Source: Candidatus Omnitrophota bacterium
GTDB taxonomy: Bacteria; Omnitrophota; Gorgyraeia; Zapsychrales; JBAZNR01
Length of the DNA: 64,000 bases
Reading direction: 5' to 3'
NCBI GenBank assembly: GCA_041649175.1
Contig: JBAZNR010000001.1
Span: forward strand, 719,497 to 783,496
In this document: piece by piece, positions 1 to 7,349 of the stretch
Numbering within the stretch: position 1 is the first letter of the stretch
Layout of the letters: the number at the start of each line of letters is the position of its first letter
Notes under the pieces: generated by a model
Seen by the model: only the letters and a program-made list of their open reading frames with translations
Databases searched by the model: none
Told to the model about the DNA's origin: nothing
Program-made: the position numbers and the translations under genes

Positions 1-1659
1 ACTCAGAATATTGCAGAAAATACTATTTCTGGAATGTTTCATCTCCGTTCAGTTCCTGCCAGTCCGATCCAAGAGATAACCAGCGGTCAAGTGAATATCA
101 AAATTGTAACGCCCGCGGCTTATCCGCAATATGAAAGCCCTCAGGCTTTCTTTGTAGACGAGCCGTTGTGGATATTTCCACATGTGCGGATGGATGACGG
201 GAAAATATGTCCTCCAGATAGTCGTAGATGGTTTGAGAATCCGACTTTAAGAGGATTTTTGGAATATCTAAGCGAATTTTTAACAAAGGCCGCTGAGAAT
301 AATTTAGAAGCAAAAGAAGATTATTATGAATTGCCGCAGTTCCCGGTTGCTAAGCCATTTCATTTGGTTTTTGTTGAGAGAGATCCGCAAAGTTGGATTT
401 CTCGGACAGAATCTGTGATCGGTTTCTTCTCTTATGCTGTTGAGAACCAGTTAATTCAAATACGTAGGTTTAACATTGACCCAAAGGCCTTAAATTCTGA
501 TGAGAGATGCGGGATATATATTTGGTATAAGAAAGAGCCCGTGCTTAGATATAAAAGGCCGCCAATTTATTTTCGAGAACTGGCCGAGCTTTTGGAAAGC
601 GAAGGGTTATCCTTCGAAAATTTGGTTAGGGAGGGGATAAAACTATTACCAGAGAAGAAATTCATTGTTATCTTGGGGTTCCCGATTAAGGAAACCAATG
701 GTGGCCCGTTTAATGATATACACTGGCAATCTTTTTTGTTAGATATCTCTGCTTACTATCAAATTTCGAGAAAGCAGAGGAAGAAAAATAAGAAAAAGAA
801 GGTCGATTATAACCTTGCAGTGAGTGATTATAGAAAAGAAGTTGAGAATACAAAGGTCGAATATTTTAAATCACACGATTGTTCCCTTAGGTTTTTATAC
901 AGTAGAATTGGAGGGCAGTCCTCGGTAAATAATTGTGCTGTTTTTGGTTGCGGTGCAATTGGCAGTCATCTTTTAGTATTTTTGGCTAAATCTGGTATCG
1001 CAAGAATGATCGTATGTGATCATGAAACAATCGAAGCTGGCAATTTATGCAGGCATGCCTTACATTTCAGCAGTGTTGGAAAACTTAAGGCATCTGAAAT
1101 GGGCAAGGTGTTAAAAGATATTAATCCGTGGGGAGATTTCTCGGTTGCCTTGACAGATATTCTTAATCTGACATCAGATTCAAAAGAAATGCAACAGCTT
1201 TTGGAGTATGACCTGTGGATTGATGCCGGATTGCCGGTAAAAGCATCCCTGTATTTGGTGGATCTTGCCAAAAAACATTCGAAACGGATGGTTTCGGCTT
1301 TTATTACAAATAAAGCAAAATATTTAATTATTGCGATATCGGGAAAGAATTCTTCACCTGATATTAATGAAATATTGACGCAGATGCGGATTTATATGAG
1401 CAATAGCGATGATAGCGATCTCAAAGGGTGTCTTGCTTTGCTCGAATCCCCTGAAAAAGATATAGGAATTAGGCCGAATACAGGATGTTATTTTATGACA
1501 TTTGAGGCTTCGGAAGCAAGAATGTCCGCGACAACATCCATATTGTATTCTTGTTTAAATGAGTTGTGTGGGGATACTTTTGAGAAGGGTCGGTATTTAA
1601 TCTATGGTTATGATGATAAGCATTTTACTTATAAGATAATTTTGGATTCCGTAGTATGA
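1..1659 (+). CDS. E2-E1 fusion protein (UBC-like N-terminal domain + ThiF/MoeB-type E1 domain); Cap2-like; 5' end outside window (frame open to nt 1)
   Basis: N-terminal region has the UBC-like motif YPQYESPQAFF...FPHVRMDDGKICPPD with a putative catalytic Cys. A K-rich linker follows. C-terminal half carries the Rossmann/E1 signature VFGCGAIGSHLLVFLAKSGIARMIVCDHETIEAGNLCRH. No stop codon lies between nt 1 and the first ATG at 34. Confidence 0.7.
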   Translation, partial: TQNIAENTISGMFHLRSVPASPIQEITSGQVNIKIVTPAAYPQYESPQAFFVDEPLWIFPHVRMDDGKICPPDSRRWFENPTLRGFLEYLSEFLTKAAENNLEAKEDYYELPQFPVAKPFHLVFVERDPQSWISRTESVIGFFSYAVENQLIQIRRFNIDPKALNSDERCGIYIWYKKEPVLRYKRPPIYFRELAELLESEGLSFENLVREGIKLLPEKKFIVILGFPIKETNGGPFNDIHWQSFLLDISAYYQISRKQRKKNKKKKVDYNLAVSDYRKEVENTKVEYFKSHDCSLRFLYSRIGGQSSVNNCAVFGCGAIGSHLLVFLAKSGIARMIVCDHETIEAGNLCRHALHFSSVGKLKASEMGKVLKDINPWGDFSVALTDILNLTSDSKEMQQLLEYDLWIDAGLPVKASLYLVDLAKKHSKRMVSAFITNKAKYLIIAISGKNSSPDINEILTQMRIYMSNSDDSDLKGCLALLESPEKDIGIRPNTGCYFMTFEASEARMSATTSILYSCLNELCGDTFEKGRYLIYGYDDKHFTYKIILDSVV

Positions 1660-2162
1660 AAAATTGGATTGATCATAAATATGATTTATCGGTGATTATG
1701 CCGGATTCGATTTGGCAGAAGATGGCACGCTTATGTGAAGAATCTTATCCAAATGAATGCGGTGGGATATTGATTGGTGAGTATTCCGATGATTTGAAGA
1801 AGGCTAAGGTTAAAGATATCATGATCTCAAAGGGTAATTCTGGGAAAAGAATGAGTTTCTTGAGAGAGGCGAAAGAGGCGAATAGTTTTTTGAAGAAACT
1901 GTGGCGTATAGCATCAGGCACTAAGTATTTTATCGGTGAATGGCATTCACACCCTAATGGTGCCGGATATCCTAGCATTACTGATGATGCCGCTATGTTT
2001 CAGGTTGCAAAAAGAGATCAATGCGCTTGTAAGCGACCTGTGTTGATAATATTAAACGGTGGGCCTAAAGTTTGGAAATCGGAAAAATGTTGGGTATATC
2101 TTATGGAAGATGAAAGGATTGAATTAATTGCGATTACAGAAGGCATTTCAGGAATAGTTTGA
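1656..2162 (+). CDS. JAB/JAMM (MPN+) metallopeptidase, Cap3-like
   Basis: Perfect JAMM motif EWHSHPNGAGYPSITD (H-x-H-x7-S-x2-D) with an upstream Glu (NECGG). The start overlaps the preceding stop (ATGA), indicating translational coupling. Confidence 0.8.
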   Translation: MKNWIDHKYDLSVIMPDSIWQKMARLCEESYPNECGGILIGEYSDDLKKAKVKDIMISKGNSGKRMSFLREAKEANSFLKKLWRIASGTKYFIGEWHSHPNGAGYPSITDDAAMFQVAKRDQCACKRPVLIILNGGPKVWKSEKCWVYLMEDERIELIAITEGISGIV

Positions 2163-2178
2163 TTATGAGATCCGAGAT

Positions 2179-2607
2179 ATGGTTCTCGACACAATCATGG
2201 ATAATCCGCATGGTTCGGGAAGTTCGGAAATAAAACGAAATTTTTTGCTTATGATCCACGAAGTATTCAAGCCAAAACAATTATTCCGCGGCGGGCCAGA
2301 AAGTGCAATGCTCAAAGGCCTAACCGCTCTAGATGTCTTGAAATATGAGCAAGAGGAATTAGGCAATAAAGATGTTGTACCTGAACCCGGGATTGATTTG
2401 ACAAAGATAAAATCTGAAAATTTGGCATGGTTAACCGAGACGGAAGATCAGGCTAGAGAATATGGGGAGGCTTCTAAATCGGATTTAAAAGATTATCGGG
2501 TTATCGCTCGTGATTCTGAGGGCGGAGTATTGGTTGAGAAATTGAATGCGGAGAATAAGCCCGTTATTCTCCGCAAGATGAAAGCGGGTAGGGTAAGGTT
2601 TTCATAA
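2179..2607 (+). CDS. hypothetical 142-aa protein, co-operonic with E2-E1/JAB (16-nt gap); C-terminus ...VILRKMKAG-RVRFS
   Basis: ORF with ATG at 2179, no recognisable domain. Its last 60 nt contain a copy of the operator palindrome. Confidence 0.5.
   Translation: MVLDTIMDNPHGSGSSEIKRNFLLMIHEVFKPKQLFRGGPESAMLKGLTALDVLKYEQEELGNKDVVPEPGIDLTKIKSENLAWLTETEDQAREYGEASKSDLKDYRVIARDSEGGVLVEKLNAENKPVILRKMKAGRVRFS
2546..2576. promoter_or_regulatory. palindromic operator O1 (ATGCGGAGAATA-N7-TATTCTCCGCAA), inside 3' end of the 142-aa ORF
   Basis: 12-nt arms that are reverse complements (11/12) with a 7-nt spacer. Same architecture as O2/O3 upstream of fic. Confidence 0.5.
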
Positions 2608-2660
2608 ATAGATTTAAGTCTTAGTGAATAAACAACTTGTATAAAATAATCTGGTTAGTC

Positions 2661-2691
2661 TTGTCACAAAAATGCACGCTTTTTGTGACAA
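2661..2691. promoter_or_regulatory. 12-bp perfect inverted repeat TTGTCACAAAAA-N7-TTTTTGTGACAA (hairpin or distinct operator)
   Basis: Arms are exact reverse complements. Not followed by a U-run, so not a classic terminator. Confidence 0.4.
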
Positions 2692-2719
2692 TATCATCTG
2701 GAAATTTATAAATTGAGAC

Positions 2720-2748
2720 TTGTGTATGCGGAGAATATGTGTTATATT
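2720..2748 (+). promoter_or_regulatory. putative sigma70 promoter of fic (TTGTGT-17-TATATT)
   Basis: -35-like TTGTGT 2720-2725, 17-nt spacer, -10-like TATATT 2743-2748, about 60 nt upstream of the ATG at 2809. Overlapped by operator repeats. Confidence 0.4.
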
Positions 2749-2791
2749 CTACGCATAGTATGCGGAGATTAAGGCGTCTATTCTCCGCATA
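2725..2791. promoter_or_regulatory. two tandem 13-7-13 palindromic operators O2 (2725-2757) and O3 (2759-2791), core TATGCGGAGAATA / TATTCTCCGCATA
   Basis: Four copies of a 13-mer in alternating orientation, each pair separated by exactly 7 nt. They overlap the spacer, the -10 and the 5' UTR of fic. Confidence 0.6.
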
Positions 2792-2808
2792 GCATAAAGG
2801 AAAATTAA

Positions 2809-3954
2809 ATGAAATATATCCACCAATTAGATAACTGGCCAGCTTTCATATGGGATCATAAAGAGATTGCATCCATACTAGGGACTGTGCGCAATCGACA
2901 GGGACGTTTGATCGGCCGTATGGAAGCATTGGGTTTTTCTTTGCGTTCAGAGGCAATTTTACAGACACTTACTCTTGATGTTTTAAAAAGCAGTGAAATC
3001 GAAGGGGAGATCCTTGATCCTGCCAAAGTGCGATCATCCATTGCGCGAAGATTGGGCATGGATATTGGCGGACTTGTGCCTTCCGATCGTCATGTGGATG
3101 GTGTGGTGGAAATGATGCTCGATGCCACACAGAATTTTGATAAGCCCCTTACTCAAGATCGAATGTTTGGCTGGCATGCCAGTTTGTTCCCGACCGGACG
3201 TAGCGGAATGCATAAAATTACTGTTGGCGCTTGGCGCGACGATAGCCATGGCCCCATGAGAGTTGTATCCGGTCCTGTTGGCCGTGAGAAGGTGCATTAT
3301 GAAGCGCCGGAAGCCAGTCGTCTCAAAAGTGAAATGAAGGATTTTTTGAGCTGGTTTAATGGTTCGGCTTCGCTCACCACAGGTGGAACGAAGGATTTAG
3401 ATCCTGTGCTCAAAGCAGGTATTGCACATTTGTGGTTCGTGACGCTTCATCCCTTTGATGATGGCAATGGGCGTATCGCCCGGGCGATTGCTGATATGCA
3501 GCTGGCGCGTGCCGACGGTAGTCGGGAACGTTTTTACAGCATGTCGAATCAGATTCGTCATGAAAGAAATGAATATTATGATGTCCTTGAAAAGACACAG
3601 AAAAGTATCCATATCACAAAAGAGGGGATTGATATCACGGCGTGGCTGGTGTGGTTTCTGAACTGTTTGAGTCGGGCGCTGGATACAACTGAAAGTACAT
3701 TGTCCGGTGTGTTCAAGAAAGCCCGTTTTTGGGATTCTCTTCCTGTCGAATCCATTAACGAACGGCAGAAAATGATCATCAACAAGTTGTTTGACGGCTT
3801 TGAAGGTAAACTCACCACTTCAAAATGGGCGAAGATCACAAAGTGTTCGCAGGACACCGCTCATCGGGACATTCTTGATCTTGTTGAGAGAGGTATTCTC
3901 GTTAAGGATCCCGCTGGTGGACGCAGTACGAGCTATTCGTTGAAAGAGGCGTGA
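2809..3954 (+). CDS. Fic/DOC family protein (AMPylase-type) with N-terminal inhibitory-helix motif and C-terminal winged-helix domain
   Basis: Fic motif HPFDDGNGRIARA. N-terminal SSEIEG fits the (S/T)xxxE(G/N) inhibitory motif. About 80 C-terminal residues are typical of the wHTH found in this Fic subfamily. Confidence 0.85.
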   Translation: MKYIHQLDNWPAFIWDHKEIASILGTVRNRQGRLIGRMEALGFSLRSEAILQTLTLDVLKSSEIEGEILDPAKVRSSIARRLGMDIGGLVPSDRHVDGVVEMMLDATQNFDKPLTQDRMFGWHASLFPTGRSGMHKITVGAWRDDSHGPMRVVSGPVGREKVHYEAPEASRLKSEMKDFLSWFNGSASLTTGGTKDLDPVLKAGIAHLWFVTLHPFDDGNGRIARAIADMQLARADGSRERFYSMSNQIRHERNEYYDVLEKTQKSIHITKEGIDITAWLVWFLNCLSRALDTTESTLSGVFKKARFWDSLPVESINERQKMIINKLFDGFEGKLTTSKWAKITKCSQDTAHRDILDLVERGILVKDPAGGRSTSYSLKEA

Positions 3955-4110
3955 TCAATTCAGGATTGGCCCGTGCTAACACTGTGCTAACAAAATAGCC
4001 CGCACCTAGGGCAATCAGGCAGAAACACCATCAAGGCACAAATCGCGCAACTGATAACACCCCTAACAGTTATCAAAAACCAGCAAAAACCAGCAACAGC
4101 GTCGGAGCCT

Positions 4111-4155
4111 CTCATAACCTGAAGGTCTCGGGTTCAAATCCCGACCCCGCAACCA
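4111..4155 (+). other. 3' fragment of initiator tRNA-Met (anticodon loop CUCAUAA, AGGUC variable loop, T-arm, CCCCGCA-A-CCA); not a complete tRNA; putative att-site direct repeat
   Basis: T-arm TCGGG-TTCAAAT-CCCGA, acceptor 3' strand CCCCGCA with discriminator A and CCA, anticodon CAT. No complementary 5' acceptor strand or anticodon-stem 5' strand lies upstream, and homology breaks exactly at 4110/4111. Confidence 0.6.
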
Positions 4156-4167
4156 GTTTTCCTCATC

Positions 4168-4206
4168 AAAAAAACCTTTGCCTTCGGGCAAGGGTTTTTT
4201 GGTTTT
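4168..4206 (+). terminator. intrinsic (bidirectional) terminator: CCTTTGCC-TTCG-GGCAAGGG flanked by A7 and T6
   Basis: 8-bp GC-rich stem with a UUCG tetraloop, followed by TTTTTTGGTTTT. It sits immediately after the tRNA 3' end copy. Confidence 0.6.
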
Positions 4207-4224
4207 AAGAGGAAACTGGTTGCG

Positions 4225-4251
4225 CCCCTGTCCTTGGAAAAGGACAAGGGG
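4225..4251 (+). other. second stem-loop (10 bp with 1-nt bulge)
   Basis: CCCCTGTCCT...AGGACAAGGGG. No adjacent U-run, so function unclear. Confidence 0.3.
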
Positions 4252-4302
4252 CAAGGTACATTATCCCTCACCGCTTTTTTGATTTTATGTTAAAATAAAA
4301 AA

Positions 4303-4746
4303 ATGAAAATGGATCACTTCATAGAAGAAGCAATAAAAGAAGCGCAGATCGGTTTATCCGAAGGTGGTATTCCGATCGGAGCTGTGCTTGTCCATCAGGA
4401 TAAGATCATTGGGCGGGGCCATAATCGCCGGATACAAAAAAATAGCGCTATTCTTCATGGCGAAACAGATGCCCTTGAGAATGCGGGCCGTCAGAAAGCA
4501 AGTATTTATCGAGACTGCGTTATGTACACAACTCTTTCTCCGTGCATTATGTGTTCGGGGACAATTCTTCTGTACGGTATCCGTCAAGTTGTTGTTGGGG
4601 AAAATAGGAATTTCCTTGGGGCTGAAGACTTATTGAGGCAAAACGGAGTTATGGTTGATGTTTTGCAAAATGATAGATGTATTAAGATGATGGAATCGTT
4701 CATCAAAGAAAAGCCGATGCTTTGGAATGAAGATATCGGTAAATAA
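4303..4746 (+). CDS. cytosine deaminase, yeast FCY1-type (CMP/dCMP deaminase zinc-binding fold)
   Basis: HGE...LENAGR and TLSPCIMCSGTILLYGI...VVGENRNF closely match the Fcy1 active-site regions (HxE, PCxxC). Confidence 0.8.
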   Translation: MKMDHFIEEAIKEAQIGLSEGGIPIGAVLVHQDKIIGRGHNRRIQKNSAILHGETDALENAGRQKASIYRDCVMYTTLSPCIMCSGTILLYGIRQVVVGENRNFLGAEDLLRQNGVMVDVLQNDRCIKMMESFIKEKPMLWNEDIGK

Positions 4747-4839
4747 GATAATCTGCAAGAATAAGTTTAAAAGCCAATATAGATCTTTTGATGATTGGGC
4801 TCAATTACAGCGTATGAGTTTTATCGGCTTTAGTCCAAT

Positions 4840-6474
4840 ATGAATTCTGGGTTGAAAATCCTTCTTGTCGTCGGCTATTTGTGCATTTTTGGTATTTTAC
4901 TTAATTATGAAAATGCCTGGATGCATAATGAAGTAGCTGTGACAACGCAAAAATTCTTCGACGGACATCCCTCTTTTCTTGAGCGCGTTTCTCAATGTTT
5001 GAATTGGCAGATCTTTGAAGGGGAATATGGCGGAGTTCCCAATAGCCGTGCGCGCATCTTCTCTAATATATTCCAGACATTCAATATTCTATTTAGAAAC
5101 TGGATCTTTCAATTTATCCCCGTACATCCAAGTCTTTCTTTAACATGGATTGTTGTTTTGGTCCTATGCCCGTATTTTCTATACAAATTTATCAAAAATA
5201 TTACCGACGATAAGGCGATCGCGCTGATCACGGCATTTCTTTATATCATCAGCCCCGGCGCGCTCATATCGGTCATCATGTTGTTTCTTCCGGGCAAAGC
5301 TATTACCAACTTTTTTTGTATCTTTTGCCTTTATCTTGGATCAGTGATCGCAAGAAATATAGAAAAAGCCTCCTGCACATCTTTCAGGCGAGATTTTCTT
5401 TTTCTTGTCCTGATGATCATCGCTTCCTTATTCTTTGATGAATATTCACTGTTTATTTTTGTTCTCGTCCCTATTTTCTTCCCGGGGATTTTCCGGCAGC
5501 GCCAACAACGTGTTTTTACAACAATTTTATACTTACTGATCCCGGCTGTTTACTATTTTTCGCTCACGTTTTTCTTACCCCAACTTTATGCCTTCGCCGG
5601 TTATCCGGGATTTAATTTCTTTGCTTTTTCTGATCATATGGGGATCAGCCAGCGTCTGCCAAACATCGATGTATGGGCGATGATCGTTAACTTTATTCTT
5701 CTTTTGCATGATAATCTCTTGGCAGGTTTTAACGCGTATCTTAAGGATCCTTCTGTCAGTGTTCGCGTAACGCAGTTTTATTCTACGGCGAATGAGTTAA
5801 TTCATGGCGATAATATTCAACTGGGCTGGGATTTTATCAAAGATAAACACATCACTTTCTTTCAAATTCTTCACGGCATTTTTTCTTTTGCAATTCTTGC
5901 TGTCGGGGCGTGGGCCTTAGCGGGGAAATGGCGTGATAATCAAAATAAGAAATTACGGACATATTTCTTAAAATCCTTAATGGCTTTGGTTGGGTTTGTG
6001 ATATTTTTTAGCCTGCTTCATATGACGAGTAATATTTTAGCCGGCTGCGGATATTATGGGTCGTGTTTCAGCGTATTTTTTGCGATCACCGTTGGGTTGG
6101 GCTTAAAGTTTATGATGGATAAAACACCGTGGAAAAATGTCCTTATTTGCATTTTTCTGGCCAGCCTAATGGTCAATTCGTTTTATAATATCCGGATGCT
6201 GAATTATTCCTGGATAGCGCTGCATTACCGCCAGCGTTATTGGGAGCTATCGATGTGGCTTAATCAGTATCCGCTCCGGGAAATTTACGAAAAGCATTTT
6301 GTAAAGGCAAATTCTTCCAACTTAGAATATCCTTATAATTTAAAGAATAATTTTAAGATTACCTATGAGGCGTGGAGAAATCGGAAGGATCCCGGTATTT
6401 GCAAAATGATCATTTCCGCCGCGCCGCCGGAATTAAGAGGTTTTTTATTAGCCGAACTGCCCTATATTAAATAG
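4840..6474 (+). CDS. polytopic integral membrane protein, GT-C-like (putative glycosyltransferase)
   Basis: More than 10 predicted hydrophobic helices, no soluble domain. Resembles YfhO/ArnT-type membrane proteins. Confidence 0.55.
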   Translation: MNSGLKILLVVGYLCIFGILLNYENAWMHNEVAVTTQKFFDGHPSFLERVSQCLNWQIFEGEYGGVPNSRARIFSNIFQTFNILFRNWIFQFIPVHPSLSLTWIVVLVLCPYFLYKFIKNITDDKAIALITAFLYIISPGALISVIMLFLPGKAITNFFCIFCLYLGSVIARNIEKASCTSFRRDFLFLVLMIIASLFFDEYSLFIFVLVPIFFPGIFRQRQQRVFTTILYLLIPAVYYFSLTFFLPQLYAFAGYPGFNFFAFSDHMGISQRLPNIDVWAMIVNFILLLHDNLLAGFNAYLKDPSVSVRVTQFYSTANELIHGDNIQLGWDFIKDKHITFFQILHGIFSFAILAVGAWALAGKWRDNQNKKLRTYFLKSLMALVGFVIFFSLLHMTSNILAGCGYYGSCFSVFFAITVGLGLKFMMDKTPWKNVLICIFLASLMVNSFYNIRMLNYSWIALHYRQRYWELSMWLNQYPLREIYEKHFVKANSSNLEYPYNLKNNFKITYEAWRNRKDPGICKMIISAAPPELRGFLLAELPYIK

Positions 6475-6743
6475 TTTAAATACCAAAGGTTTTATTTTCT
6501 TTCTGTGACCGGAAAAACTAGATTCAGCGCATATTCATCATCATCTTTTTTACTCTATGTTAAAATGCGAATGGGATGAAGGGTAAAAAGATACGTGTCC
6601 CCGGAAAATATAACTTTTAATTAACAATTTAATCCGGCGCTTGACAGGCCTGGCAATTTGAATGGATGCTGACGTATTATTTACCGATATATTTTTTAAA
6701 TAAAAAAAGTAATTAAAACATTTAGAAAGGGATTGAGATAATT

Positions 6744-7274
6744 ATGAGGAAATTGCTAGTGTTGCTATTTTTATTGTTTATATTTGGTTGTGCTCAACCA
6801 CTGCCTCGTTTAAAGACTGTGGATCACGTTGATATCAAGCGCTATATGGGGCCTTGGTATGTTATTGCGTGTATCCCGACTTTTATTGAAACAAAAGCCT
6901 ATAATGCAATTGAAGAGTATCAAATCAACGCTGATGGCACCATCAACACGATTTTTACATTTCACCAAGGTGGATTTGATGGACCGCTTAAGAAATACAA
7001 TCCCCGTGGATTCATTGTTGATAAAGTCAACAACTCAACCTGGGGCATGCAGTTTGTCTGGCCGTTTAAAGCTGAGTTTCTGATAACATATCTAACGCCG
7101 GATTATAGCCAGACCGTGATCGGGCGCAATAAGCGCGATTATGTTTGGATCCAGGCGCGAGCGCCTCAAATTCCGGAACAAGATTATCAGCGCTTACTGA
7201 GCATTCTAAAAGAGCAAGGATATGATATTACCAAAATTCGCAAAGTACCTCAACGCTGGGGCGATAAGGAATGA
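6744..7274 (+). CDS. blc: bacterial lipocalin Blc (outer-membrane lipoprotein)
   Basis: Lipobox LFIFGC, lipocalin motif YMGPWYVIA, length 176 aa. Confidence 0.8.
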   Translation: MRKLLVLLFLLFIFGCAQPLPRLKTVDHVDIKRYMGPWYVIACIPTFIETKAYNAIEEYQINADGTINTIFTFHQGGFDGPLKKYNPRGFIVDKVNNSTWGMQFVWPFKAEFLITYLTPDYSQTVIGRNKRDYVWIQARAPQIPEQDYQRLLSILKEQGYDITKIRKVPQRWGDKE

Positions 7275-7349
7275 AAAGGATTTTAAACTCCGGGGATATG
7301 TTCTAATTTTTTTTCTCTACATCTAAAGTGCTAAAGCTGTTCCGATTTG

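Noticed and set aside
4040-4156. Possible complete tRNA gene (T-arm GGTTCAAATCC on the + strand; the minus-strand ORF 4063-4254 translates it as GRDLNPRPSGYE)
   Set aside because: Only the anticodon loop-to-CCA part is present. No sequence within 120 nt upstream can form the acceptor 5' strand, D-arm or anticodon-stem 5' strand. Interpreted as an att-site fragment, not a gene.
6475-6743. Possible promoter TTGACA (about 6640) upstream of blc
   Set aside because: The nearest -10-like hexamer (TATTAT) lies 28 nt away, outside a functional spacer length. Left unannotated.
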